64,000 nucleotides of DNA from Lama glama (Eukaryota), in contig CM052820.1 in the NCBI GenBank assembly GCA_028534125.1, positions 66,526,001 through 66,590,000 on the forward strand, given 5' to 3'. Of this stretch, positions 51,700-64,000 are shown one piece after another. The position numbers and the translations under genes were made by a program. The notes beneath the pieces were generated by a model. That model worked only from the letters and a program-made list of their open reading frames with translations. It searched no databases and was not told the DNA's origin. The stretch's first letter is position 1. The number at the start of each line of letters is the position of its first letter.

Positions 51700-52170
51700 G
51701 TGGGGATGATTCAACTTAATTCAAAAAATATTTATTGCTTTCATGAATAACCACAATAAGCAAGACAAGGATGAGGAGGTGCTTTACAAGGTTAAAGCAG
51801 AAGATAAGCCTGCCAATTATTACAAATGCTTTAAGAAGAAACTGAAGAGCACTGCAGTAGTGGAGCTAGCATTTGAGATAGGCCTTAAAAGAAAAAAAAA
51901 TCAAAATTTTGAGAGTTGTGAACAAGACATGGGCAGGAAATGTAAAGCAAGAAGGGAAGTGATCTGGTAAGAGAGCAAAAGATTTCAGGTTCAGAGAACA
52001 GTATGAAGACAAGTAGGGAATGACAAGCAATCTAGTTTGTCTGCAGCACAGGCTTACAGAGAGAGGACCAGACAAGTACAGACGAAGAAGTCGCTTGGTG
52101 GCGAGCACACTTGAAACACTACGCCAAGGAACCTGTGTGTAATTCAGTAGGAAATGACAACCTGGACCTT
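51700..52170 (-). mobile_element. L2 fragment
   Basis: 'ttcaacttaattcaaaaaatatttattg' tail plus a GA-rich antisense L2 body. Confidence 0.55.
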
Positions 52171-54230
52171 CAGATCAGGTTTCCTTAATGCAGTATTCAA
52201 ACATTTACCGCAGATTCTCAGTCATTTTGCCAGCACAGACAGAACCAGAGAATTAGCATTCTTTTCCAAACGTGGTCAAATATATTCGGTGTAGTTCTTA
52301 AATTCATTTTTCTGTTTAAGAGGATTCAAGGGTTGGGGGGTGGCTGCAGGAGATGGGAGGATGGTCTCAAGTCTCCTGATCCTTAGATGAGCTCCTGGGC
52401 TGCACCTAAAGCAGAGAAGGCTCTTCTAAAGTTCCTGAAGCAAAACCCACATTCCCTGGCAGAGGGAAGGAGATTCTAAAAAATATGAGTTTTTCTACGC
52501 ACGCTTGGAACTTCTTGCACCCAAAATACTCGAAATTAAGTGCTTATCATGATCTGTTAGACTACTGGCAATTGTAAGAAGTACGTTCCAGTATCATTAG
52601 TCAAATGATAGTAAATAAGATTTTTTTTTTAAAGACAGGAAGCAAAGAAAATTCAGTTTTGTTACTCTGTTGACAGAACCATGAAAGCAACTATTAAATA
52701 CTAGTTGAGAAAGACTCCATGATGAAATATATCTGTGGTTTAAAACAGGAGTGATGGCATGTTGAAAAGTGTAGAATTTTGCTTGTTTTTTTCCATCATG
52801 GTGTCATAGATATATAAATTTGGGTCATATCCTCAGTAATTCATTTATTTGCCTTTTAATGAGACATGATGATGTGAATGGAGTCTTCACTATAAAGGTA
52901 AAAAAGATAGATAAATCCCCAGCACCCCAACTAAATTGATGTTCTTATACCCATTTTCTCTGCCCTCAGCTTGGCCCACTTTCGGCATTCTCTCTCATCT
53001 ACTGAGTAACACAGAGAACCACACATGATCTCACCCTCTCTTCCTGTCACATATCCAACTCAACACAATGCCTTACGACATTACATGTGAACTATTTTTC
53101 AATTCCAATTTCATCACCAGTTCTGCCACCTTAATCCAAGCCACCATCATGCCATGCGTAGACGACTACAATAGTATACTATCTAATCTACTCACCCTTC
53201 TCCCATTCATTCCCTATGTAGTAGGAAGATGGTTATGAACTTGGCAGTACCTCTGATGTCAGTCTCTATTCCTTCCCATTACTGCTGGATTCTATTCATT
53301 GTAGTACCTCTAACATCTAGCTATGAGTGGAATTAAATTCAGTTTAATCAAAGATGTGGTATCAAATGGGACTCAAGTGGGAAAAAAGACTGATAAACGA
53401 TGGGATATATGGAAAAACTGTTAATTTAGCTCTTACCCCCAGAGGTAATTAACTTTCACATGAAAAATAAAACATTCCCTCTTGTAAGGCAACACTGTCT
53501 TTGCTTCTTCATGGGGTTCCCATGGCTACTTGTTGGACTGGTATTTTGGAGTTGGTGGACTTATTCAGAACATGAGAAATCAAATTCTTTAGAAGTCAAA
53601 AGCAAATCTGAAAAACTTAAAAAAAAAAAGAATTCTGCAAATATTTTTATATTCTTTCTTAAAAATCTTCCCCATTTCATTGATCACAGTATTTCCAGAA
53701 GAACGATGTGATTACCCCAGCTTTGGGGGAGGGCTGCTATTAAGGAGACTACCCAGACTCAGTTCTAAACTTACTTCAGAATTCCACAGTGTGTTTTCCC
53801 TTCTCATAAAGGATTAAAACCACATCATGATAGAACAATATGTAAGAATCATAATGCTTTTAACAAGTAAGAAATGGATTAAAAAGCACTTTATGTCTTG
53901 TTAAAGAAATCCCCTGTTCCTCAGAAGCACTTTTTAGCATTTTAGAAGTGGCATTTGATCTGACTGACATATTGACCAGTAATTTGAACAGAAGATGGAT
54001 CATTTCCACTTAGATCACAAAGGGAATATAAATTTGTGACTGTAAATTCAAGAGGAACAACTTCCAGAGAAATTCTGTAGAATTTCTTACTCTAAAAATA
54101 GCATTCAAAGTTGTTTGAGATCCTTCCTCAGACTCTTTAATAAATTAGTGTCCAAAACTATACACAGTACTAACCTATTATTTTTATTTGGATTTGCAAA
54201 TAAACCAAAATAGAATTGGTCTTAAAGTGA

Positions 54231-54378
54231 AAGATGACTTAAAATACCCACCCTCTACTCCTATCAATAGAAAATATACTAAAATAGTCAAAACATTACT
54301 CAGGGAAGGTGACTTAAAATACCCATTCTCTACTCCTATCAATAGAAAATACTATATTAAAACAGCCGAAACATTACT
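54231..54378. repeat. Two-copy tandem duplication, period about 75 bp
   Basis: 'aag(a/g)tgacttaaaataccca(cc/tt)ctctactcctatcaatagaaaata...aaacattact' occurs at 54231-54300 and 54306-54378. Confidence 0.95.
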
Positions 54379-56139
54379 GGCTGTTGTTTGTTGCTGCTTA
54401 GTTTGTGTTTTTGTGTTTCCGTTTTTGCTGTTTTTTACTACTCACACATCAACACTCATTGGTTTTTGGTACCTTATTCTCACTGATTAACATCTCCCCA
54501 AGTTATAGATGGACAGTTATCCCATCTTTTTCTAAAATTCGTGATATAAAAAGCCAAACACATCTGACTGTACCACAATAAACCTACCACCATTTCACCA
54601 TGATGTGAGAAAATGAACTGTCAGCCAAACATCTATGGAACACACTCAACTATGCCCTGACAACTACATGATTAAAGTCTCTCAGTATCTAGATCACCAC
54701 CAATGTTCATTACTGAATTATATTATTTGGTTTTGTTTTCATTGTTTAAAAAACAAGGAACAAATTAATTGTAAGTATGTAAGAGAAAATATATATCCAT
54801 ATATGCATTTTGAAAGGGTTTTTTGGTAATTTGTATTCCACCCAAGAAATATTGCTATTCAGATCATGGCTATTGTATGAATACTTTGAAGGATCCAACA
54901 TTATTTTCTGGAAATGTAACCACACAAAAAGTAACTTCTTTATGACAGGGATTTATCACCTAAACATGTAAGTTCATGCATTTCCAGTGTATTGATCTTT
55001 ATTTTGCAAATGTTTCAGCAGCATTTACTATCACTGAAGTAGTGGCAACATGTTCTACTTAAGATCAAACAATCCCCCAAAATCTGGTAAGATTTAACAG
55101 AAATTTAAAACAATACTTTCCAGGGAAAACGCTAACCATCTGCAACTGTTATTATTAACACTACTCTTTTCTCTTTTTTCTTCCTATATTATTTATACTT
55201 CCTGTTGCTCTCAAAGCTTTCTATCTATCATTAGCAATTAATACTAAACAAATGGTTGAAGAGGATGTTTGCGTTTGTGATTTTTCTGCTAAGTCAAACA
55301 AATACACTATCTTGTTTTAGTCACATGGATTTCCTGTCCACACACAGGTCCACCTGAGCTCTGCATTGCAGAACATGGAAATGATTGCTTTCAGAAAGGA
55401 GAGAGATCATCTTAAATAATACTTATTTAATACTATTTAATACTTATCATAGTTGGATGAATTTTCTTAAAAAGGAAAAAGAGTTAAATATGTTAATAAG
55501 GGTTACTCTAAATTAGTAGTTTAGATTAGTGTTATTTAAAGTAGAAAGCATATATTTTGATACATTTGCACATAAAGAGAAATTAAAACCATCAGAACAT
55601 AACCTGTTGTTTTGTATTATTTTGTCCTAAGCACATAAGCTCAGCCACACTGAAGGAAGCGGTCATAAACCAAATTGTGTCCCCATTTCTTAGTCCTTGT
55701 CATAACCATTAAGATAGATCATCCAGTGCCACCCACTTACATCTCTGCCAGGGTGAGTGCACAGTTCCTTATTCAGTTCTGCANNNNNNNNNNNNNNNNN
55801 NNNNNNNNNNNNNNNNNNNNNNNNNNNNNNNNNNNNNNNNNNNNNNNNNNNNNNNNNNNNNNNNNNNNNNNNNNNNNNNNNNNNNNNNNNNNNNNNNNNN
55901 NNNNNNNNNNNNNNNNNNNNNNNNNNNNNNNNNNNNNNNNNNNNNNNNTATCCCTCAAGATTTTAATACCAACTATTCTCTGTTTTATTCTTTTATACAC
56001 AAATTGTTTTCATGGGGAGGAAAGGGACATAAGAAAAGATCACAAAATCCTCAGCAAACATTGTTGCATTATTATTCATACTTCTCTACTATTTTCTAGG
56101 ATGCTTATCAGGTGCATTGCTTAGCCCTATATATATATC

Positions 56140-57170
56140 AAGTAATTACTATTTATCAGGAACAGTGTTGGGTATAAATAAAACATGGTTACTGAGAGAA
56201 GATAAATGAGGTCTGGACAAGGTGAGAGGTATATGGGAACAGGCACAGGAAACTCAAGGAGATAACACTCAACTGTGCTTATGGGGAGTATCACAAAAAG
56301 GTTCACCTAATTGGGTCTTGTGGTATAAATAGGAGTTTACCAGGTTGATCATAGGTAAAGAGCATTCCAGGTAAAATAAACAGTGTAGGAATAGAGGTAG
56401 AAAATAGCATGCCATGTTTGGACAATTATAAGTAGTATGTATGCCTGTAGGGTAGCCTCTAAAGATAGGTGGGGAATATCCAACAGATGAATCTGGAGAA
56501 GTAGGCACAGAAAAGAAAGGGTCTTTCATGTCCTGATATTTGGACTTCTCCGTAGGGCAACTGCAAACATTGAAAGGTTTTAAATAGATAAAATATGATA
56601 AAATACATGATCATATCTACAATTTTAAATAATTTCTATGACTGCACTGTGGTAGGTGAATGGAAGGGGGAAGAAAATTGAACAAAGAAAGGTAATAAAA
56701 CACCAGTATACTAGCTCCAGTGTGAAGTGATGAAAGTCTAAACCAAAGGGAAATCAATGAGTTTAGAAGGGGGAGGGGACAGATGTTAAGAGTTAGAGTA
56801 GATTAGGACCTAGTGACTAGGTTAGAAGGGGAACATGGAGAAAAGAACCGGAAGGTTACAGATATCCGACTCGGGGTGTTAGGGAAGAGAAACCACTGGT
56901 TCCATTTGAACATGCTGAGACCAGTGCCAGTGATGTGTCCAAGCAGAGCTGACTAGAAGGCAGGTAGAGTTTAGGAGCAATGACTTGATTACAGGTACTA
57001 CTACTATAGAAGCTAGCTAATGGCTATGGAACTCAAATATACGAATTAGGAGCCTGAGGAAAAATGTTAAGAGAAGAAGAGGTCAACCCAACTGCCAGAA
57101 AACACCCAAATCTTATGTTTACTGCAAGTTGGGAAGCCTGCAAAGAACACTGAGAATGACTGGGAACTAA
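56140..57170 (-). mobile_element. L2 LINE
   Basis: Purine-rich antisense L2 with 'agagcattccagg', 'gcatgccatgtttgg' and 'tttgaacatgctgag'. Confidence 0.65.
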
Positions 57171-57378
57171 GTACAAGGTAAGGTGTAAGTGACAAGGACA
57201 AATGCCATTGAGAAGTTTTTTGTTTTAAAAAAACATTGTTTTTTGGTAATTGATTGGTAATTAGGAAAATAAAGAAGGTAAATAGTAAAGCAATATAAAA
57301 TACTACTCTTGGATGTGAAGGGAAAGAGTGACAATAGATGATGATTACCTTGAGTCAATTTTTTTTTTAAGATGGGAA

Positions 57379-57750
57379 TATTAATAAAAGAGATAGCAGG
57401 CCCCAAATGGAATCATTTGTGCTAAACCCATATCACCAAACCAAGCCTCACCTACCTGCAATTTCAGCCTTCCCCAGGAAAGTAATCTTAACCAGTCAGT
57501 CGAATTTCCTGGTCAGCATTAGTGAGGTAATCTACCATATAGCCCCCTTTCAACCCCTCAGGAAGGTGACTTTGCCTGAAATAATCCTTTGTCTTGTCCT
57601 ACTCATTTTTTGCCTTTAAAAACCATTCTCTTTCTGTAGCACTTTGAAGCTCCTTTCTATTTGCTAGATGGGATGCTGTGTGATTCATGAATCATTGAAT
57701 AAGGCCAATTTGATCTTTAAATTTACTCAGTTGAATTTTGCTTTTTAACA
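57379..57750 (+). mobile_element. ERV1-class solo LTR (about 370 bp)
   Basis: Termini t(a)ttaa...ttaaca form a short inverted repeat ending CA. TATA-like 'cctttaaaaacc' and poly(A)-signal-like 'gaataagg' present. Near-TSD of 4 bp ggaa/ggag. Confidence 0.75.
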
Positions 57751-60089
57751 GGAGAAACTTAACATATCATGAATGGAAGGAATCATCAAAATATAATGGA
57801 GGACAAGGACATAATTACTGTGACAGAAGACAAAGCCCAGAACTGCGGGGACATTGTTAGAAGAACTGCATTCACATCCACCCTTCCATGAATGCTAAAG
57901 TCAATAATATTTTAGCTCTAAATTTACTGAATAATAACTTTCAGGTTATAGTCCACTTGCACACACAAACATGATGAACAAAATTCTATTAACATATTAT
58001 TAAAAGACCCACCATGGTGTTTGAATTACTTATTTTCTGAAACAAAGTGATGCGGCGTTTTAGAAAAGAAAGACGTATTAGAAGTTCTGCAGTTACTGCC
58101 CTCATTCTATTAGATGAAGCAGCTGAATGAAGCCCAGCCGAGGTTCCCTGGCACACGAAAGTCAATTGGAACACCAGGGGCAGAATTAGAGCCAGTTTGT
58201 GCTGCAAGAGGTTTACTATCATGTCTTGTTGACGGATCCTTTCAAAGTCTAGGCTTTAAGTATAAAATTAATCTATGAAGAAGACTTTTTTTTGTGATTC
58301 GCATTTATCACAAGAACCTTGATTACAAACCCTGTTTTCTGCTGGTAGGTGTCACTTTATCCTCTCTCAATTAGACACTACACTTTTCAGAATGTCAGGT
58401 TGTAACTAGATTGAGCTATATTATTTATTGAGTATTAAATATGTATTGCCTGTCAGAAACTAACATAAGATGTTGTGACAATTTTCTTATTTCCCTGAGA
58501 AATATAGAAATATATTTGGAATGACATTCTGTCACTAAAAATAGTGTAAGGAAGACACAAGTTTGGTTTTGCTGCAGTTCTCTTGTTTTAGTTGTTTTTG
58601 TTTTTACAGGGTTTGGAGCAGGAGTATTAAACAAAAAATCTTCAATTTAACTTTCCTTCCTAAATAAGAAGCAACAAAGCTTTAGTTTTCAGCCTCAATT
58701 CACTTCAAATCTTTTACCCTAGTCCCACTGACACTGTCACTTCAAAATCACNNNNNNNNNNNNNNNNNNNNNNNNNNNNNNNNNNNNNNNNNNNNNNNNN
58801 NNNNNNNNNNNNNNNNNNNNNNNNNNNNNNNNNNNNNNNNNNNNNNNNNNNNNNNNNNNNNNNNNNNNNNNNNNNNNNNNNNNGTCATATCAGAGCTCAG
58901 CAAGCAACTTCCTAGCGTATCAGGTTTATGCGCTGATACAAAGTTGTCTGTCTTTCTTAAAAGAAGGAATCAAACAAAGAAAATTAGGGTAAATATTTTC
59001 CTAGCCAAACCTGGGATTAAACCATTCTTCTCAATTTTAAGAAGACAGTAACCCAGACTACAAAGAAATAGATTTGCTTGATACCTCTCCTTTCATTCTA
59101 CACACTTATAAAATAATTTTTTGAAGGTGATTTCCTCCCTTTGTAAAAAAACAAACAAAAAAACTCCAGATGCCATTGCTGTAGTCTTACTGTTAACTAA
59201 GGAATAAACACAGTTGCAACTTTTCACTACATATTTTATGAAGATGCAGTCTCGACCTAATAGTGAACTACAGACTTCTCTACTTTGCTTCTCGCCCTCG
59301 TATCTCAGCACACGTGGCCATATCCTTAGTTAAAAAATTAGTGCAGTAACACAAAACTCAGCATTACTTCGGAACCCAAGTCAGAGCCAGCACAACTGTG
59401 CTAAGGTCTCTATAATTTCCTATTTTCTCTAATTTTTCCTCTGTTTCTAGGGCATTTACTCTCTTAAGTGTTTAGGGCAGCAGAATCTGGAATCTCACTA
59501 ATTACAATTAGGTTTGTTTTCCTCAACCTTGGCAGCTGTGCCAGCAGCCAAGCCACTGTCTGTACACAGAGCTGCCTCTAACTGCCCATGTGATGAGGCT
59601 GCCAGCAAAACCGTCCGTTGAGTTAGTTCCACATGAGCCCAGTTTGGATTTCTGTCTTTCAGGGATCTGTGTCTTGTTATTTTGCTATAACTTCATATTT
59701 TAACTTACTTGAAAAGTACCTTCAAAGATCATCTGTGATGGAAACAATCTGATATAAATGAATACATTTTTCTCCAATGAGTTATCTTAACAAGAATTCT
59801 AAATTGCAAAAGCTAACTTTGTAAAGGCTATGCTAAAAGTGCTTCATGCATGGTTATTTCCAACTCATTAAACGACTTTAGAAAAATATACAAACGCCTT
59901 CAAAGCAATGGCTTAAAAGAATCCAACCAGGCTTTTGAGGTAAAAGCAAGAGTGGACTATTATAAAAAGTGGGAAAAGCTAAGTGCTGTTAACTGTGATC
60001 AGGTGTTTAATCTACAACAAGAGATAACATTTCTAAAAATACAGACTTGGCTATAAATCTTTGTAGAGTTCATGGGATGACACTCATGT

Positions 60090-60650
60090 TTGTTCATTAA
60101 TTCAGCCAGTCATTGATTCATTCGATAATTATTCATTTAGCATTGACAATGAGCTGGGCACTGAATGTAGGTCTGGGAAAATAACAAAGACCCTGCCTTC
60201 CTGGAGTTTACATTCTAGTAGGGAATACAAACAATAAAAAGTGTATATATAAAACAGAGAGGCAGCATTAAATACAATGAACAAAAATAAAGTCAGGTCA
60301 TGGGACTTGAGAGACAGGGGCTACTATTTTAGATAGATGATCAGGGAAGGCCTTTTGGTAGAGATGACCTTTGAGTAGAAACCTGTTTAAAGAGTAAGTA
60401 TGAGTCATGCAACTCTCAGGATTGTGAGCCTTACAGGAAGAGGAACAGTGTTACACAGCCCCTGAGTAGGAAATGGGCTTGGAATGTTTGTGAAATAGCA
60501 AAGATATCGGAATGGAAAGGAGCGAGGAGAAAATCAGTCTGAAGCAAGAGAAAGGGTCTTGAAGGCCATAGGAAGGACATTGGATTTTATGCTAAGCAGG
60601 TTGAAAAGCCCTTGAAGGATTGTGAGCAGAGGAAGGATATGGTCTAATAA
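60090..60650 (-). mobile_element. L2 3' end
   Basis: 'ttcattcgataattattcatttagc...gaccctgccttcctggagtttacattctagtaggg...atcagggaaggcctt...gatgacctttgagtagaaacctg...ggacattggattttat'. Confidence 0.85.
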
Positions 60651-60869
60651 TACAAACACATACACAAGCTTTCCAAACATTTCTGTTTCCACTGCACAGA
60701 GATTTGTTGGCAACCCATGCTCTCTACGGGCTACCACTTAGGCGTTCACTGATGCCAATTTTTGCCCCCCTAATCTGGCAAGTGTCTGTTTCCTCCAACA
60801 GAGAGAGCAGAACAAAAAAGAAGGTCAAGGGAAAGATCATCACAAGAATTCACATTTTATAGTATCTTC

Positions 60870-61065
60870 TCACACATGCTCTCATTTGGGTCCCTTATAA
60901 ACTCAGTTATATAAGGGAACTGGGTTCATTCTTATTTTATAGATAAGCAAATGGAGAGTCAAATTTCCCTGAACAGTGACACATCAATGGAGAGCAGAAG
61001 AGCTAAAACTAGAACTTAGATCTTTTGCTGCCAAGCACAAGGCTCATTTCTATATACAAAGCTAT
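60870..61065 (-). mobile_element. MIR SINE
   Basis: 'tcttattttatagataagcaaatggag...agagctaaaactagaacttagatcttttg'. Confidence 0.55.
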
Positions 61066-62422
61066 CTTTTTAAAAGAAAATTAAATTTGGTTATTCTTCC
61101 ATCTCCTTTCACATCTCACTCACCAAAAGCTAAAATAAATTTAAGAGACTAGAAAGTCCCATTTAGAAAAAATAAATTCATTGTCTAATGAGATGAGAAT
61201 AGATAAAATACATTGCTCTCCTTAGGACCAGAGTTACGCCATTTTTAATATGTCCGATAGGACATTGCAAAATCCTGTGGAAATACAACTCAATACAACT
61301 ACTTGACTGATAGGTTGATGACTGATTAAGAGAGAAAAAAATAAATTAGAATGTGTATGTCAAAAAGAATGCAATATTCATCATCCCCATAATCTCGTTT
61401 ATACTTCACAGAGACAAAAAGTAACATGCATTTTAAAATTTTTTCACATATATTTTAACCTTAGGTAGTTGTCATGTTATTTATGGACAGGCTCATGTAA
61501 CACTACATGGGAATAAAATACTTTCTTGTGAGAACAGTATGTATTAAAGATCTGCATTCAGAGCCACTTTGAAAACTAGATACTTGTCATTTCAGTTCAG
61601 TATGTATTGAGCACCAATTAAGTGCTTGATATACCTTGTTAGATACTGGGAGTACAAAGATGAATTAGGTTGTCATACAATATTTTTGGTAGACCTTGTT
61701 ATTTTGTAACATGAACAGTGTGAGGGAGGAATAGAGAAAATAACATTTTTGACATAAGTCAATGACTTGGCACACCATTCCCCTTTCTCTGCCCTTCTCA
61801 ACTCCCATCCATGAAACCGTCACCTAAAGTCCACTTAGGCCGTTTTTGTATTCTGTTCCTGCAACTTCTCCATTCACCCCATTCTATCTCCATTTGACCC
61901 CTACCTCCCTGGGGAAAAAAAAAGCACACTGATGAGAAGAATCTTCTGAGGCAGACGGTTGTCTTTTCATTCTCCATTTGGCAGAAAGGAAAACAATTCC
62001 TCAAAATAGCCTTTGGCCAGAGGAGAGGAACTGCTCAGAGTTAACCATTCTGAAAATTTCTCTTAGAAAAATCAAACATGGCAGGAGGATATGGAAGCCC
62101 CACTGGACCAGGTACAGCAGAGGCCACAGCAAAAAAATCAGCCACAGAAGAGGAAACTTGAGTCCAAGGAAGCAATCACACTAGTAGAAGCCAAATAATT
62201 CAGACCAGGGGTATTCCAAATGAAATCTCTATTATGGTATTTTAAAACTTCTGAAATTGGTGACATCAGCAAAATGGTAGACCAGGAAGCTCCAGGTTAT
62301 TATTCCCATACGGAAATACTAAATGAAAAACTTGAACTTGACTAAAATAACTTTGACATTCTGTCAGTCAAAGTTCTACAGCAACCAAAGAAGCACCCAA
62401 TCAAGAAAAAGCCATATACAAA

Positions 62423-62598
62423 TAAGGACCTACTGTATAGCACAGGGAACTATATTCAATTTTGTTTGTAATAACATATAGTGGAAAAGAAAATGTATAT
62501 ATATGTATGTAATGTATAACTGAATTGCTTTGCTGTACACTTGAAGCTAACATTGTCAATCAACTACACTTCAATAAAAAATAAAATTAAAAAAAATT
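62423..62598 (+). mobile_element. 5'-truncated L1 3' end nested in the older L1, about 19-bp TSD
   Basis: 'aaggacctactgtatagcacagggaactatattcaat...tcaactacacttcaataaaa'. TSD agaaaaagccatatacaaa (62404-62422) / agaaaaaagccatatacaaa (62599-62618). Confidence 0.9.
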
Positions 62599-62958
62599 AG
62601 AAAAAAGCCATATACAAAATGGTAGGAAATTCATAGTGTTTTAACTCACCCTTGCTCCACCCAGTTTGGGGGAAGCATCATTCTGTCCAGTCTCCAGCTC
62701 CGTTCAGAGACCTGGAGAGAACAGAGTGGACCAAATTTGCAACTTTCTAACCTGTCTCCAGGCTTCCTGAGGGAGTGGTCTATGTGCTGCCCAAACTGGA
62801 GCACAGAAAGACAGAAGTGGCATACATAAGGCTAGAAAAAGCTGCAGGAATCAACAGGCATGACTTGCGAAAACCGTAAGGGGACTAAAGACCTGCAGAC
62901 ACTTTAGGGCAAGAGGCTAAGTGCAGAGCAAACAAAAATTCTGGATCTTGAAAACATA

Positions 62959-63783
62959 CAGGCACGTCTTATTTTATTGTGCTCCATGTTATTGAGCTTA
63001 GCAGAGATTACATTTTTTACAAACTGAAGGTTTGTGGCAAATCTGCATTAAGCAAGTCTCTCAGCACCATCTTTTTCCTGCAGCATTTGCTCCTTTTGTA
63101 TCTCTTTGTCACATTTTGGTAATTTTCGCAAAATTAGAAGTAGAGCTTGAAGATGTGATTGAGTTTCTGCAATCTCATGATAAAACTTGAATGAATGAGA
63201 GTTCTTTCTTATGAATGAAGAAAGAATTGGTTTCTTGAGATGAAGTCTACTCCTCACAAAGATGCTATGAAGATTGATGAAATGACAACAAAGGATTTGG
63301 AGTATTACCTTAACTTAGCTTAAATCAGAGACTGAGTTTGAGAGTATTGACTCCAATTTTGAAAGAAGTCCTACTGTGGGTAAAATTCTGTCAAACAGCA
63401 TTGCATGCTATAGAGAAATCATTTGTAAAAGGAAAAGTCGATCTGTGCTGCAGACTTCATTGTTGCCACAGACACCCCAACCTTCAGCAACCACAACCTT
63501 GATCAATCAGCAGTCATTGGCATTAAAGCAAGACACTGCACCCACAAGTATGACTTGCTGAAGGCTCAGATTACAGTTAGCAGCTTTTAGTAAGGAAGCA
63601 TTTTTAATTAAAGTATGTACATTATATTTTAGACATAATGCTACTGGACATTAAATAGACTACAGTGTGAAAATAAATTTTATAAGCACTGGGAAACCAG
63701 AGAACCTGTGTGACTTACTTTATTGCAGTATTCACTTTATTGCTGTGGTTTGAAACCAAAGCCACATCTTCCAGGTATGCCCG
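62959..63783 (+). mobile_element. Tigger1 internal-deletion derivative (TcMar DNA transposon), 825 bp
   Basis: TA|CAGGCA...GGTATGCCCG|TA termini. Contains the Tigger1 5' motif 'ttttttacaaactgaaggtttgtggcaa' and 3' motifs 'ttgactccaattttgaaagaag' and 'gcatgctatagagaaatc'. Deletion junction near 63133. Confidence 0.92.
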
Positions 63784-64000
63784 TAATAACCGAATTGAAA
63801 GATATACAAAAGGAGCTCAACATTAACTCAAAGAAGCAGAAGAAAAAAGCAGTGAACATGCAGACAAGTTATTTGAAATCACTGAATCTTAGGAGAAAAA
63901 GGAATTAATAAAAGTGAACAGAGCCTAAAGGACTTATGGAACCTATCAAACAGAACAATACACTCATTATGACCAATACAAAATTTCCCAAATTCGACCA

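Larger units (their letters stand above)
62260..63975 (+). mobile_element. Old L1M 5' end (5'UTR and ORF1 remnant), interrupted twice
   Basis: Starts 'gacatcagcaaaatggtagaccaggaagctccagg'. ORF1-like sequence 'aaattctggatcttgaaaacata|ataaccgaattgaaa...gagctcaac...gaacagagcctaaaggacttatgg' reads continuously across the Tigger1 insertion. Confidence 0.7.

Noticed and set aside
54188-54490. 100-aa ORF with an internal peptide repeat
   Set aside because: The repeat comes from the 75-bp DNA tandem duplication. TTG start and no exon signals.
63048-63908. ORFs within Tigger1 and L1 ORF1 sequence
   Set aside because: Interrupted transposase and ORF1 remnants with stops and frameshifts, not functional genes.
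1-64000. CRISPR arrays, operons, defence systems, rRNA or tRNA genes
   Set aside because: The sequence is mammalian non-coding DNA. I saw no repeat-spacer arrays, dense ORFs or structured RNA genes.

Overview
Mammalian (eutherian) nuclear DNA: AT-rich, CpG-depleted and dense in ancient repeats (L2, MIR, MLT2, LTR16-like, MER5/MER33/MER53/Charlie4a, Tigger1, a CR1/L3 fragment). It also carries several younger 5'-truncated L1 3' ends of a cetartiodactyl type. I saw no Alu, B1, Bov-tA/BovB, PRE-1 or Can-SINE, which together suggests a camelid (inference, moderate confidence). There is no long real ORF and no rRNA, tRNA, CRISPR array or prokaryotic system; almost all of the supplied ORF track is spurious. 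The window most likely lies inside a large minus-strand gene that I cannot name. The best signal is a 129-nt open exon (29620-29748, -) ending in a consensus AGG|GTAAGT donor beside a CpG-retaining, promoter-like region, with weaker minus-strand exon candidates at 38694-38753, 46450-46573 and 51178-51237. Ten short N-runs (132-316 nt) look like deliberate masking of unique sequence rather than assembly gaps, so some of the most informative sequence is hidden. Retrotransposition oddities include an L1 flanked by a ~95-bp direct duplication, a twin-primed 5'-inverted L1, an old-L1-derived fragment with a fresh-looking tail and TSD, and a three-layer nested L1/L1/Tigger1 insertion. I found no evidence of a new biological system. 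Repeat family names are from recalled consensus sequences and most boundaries are approximate.
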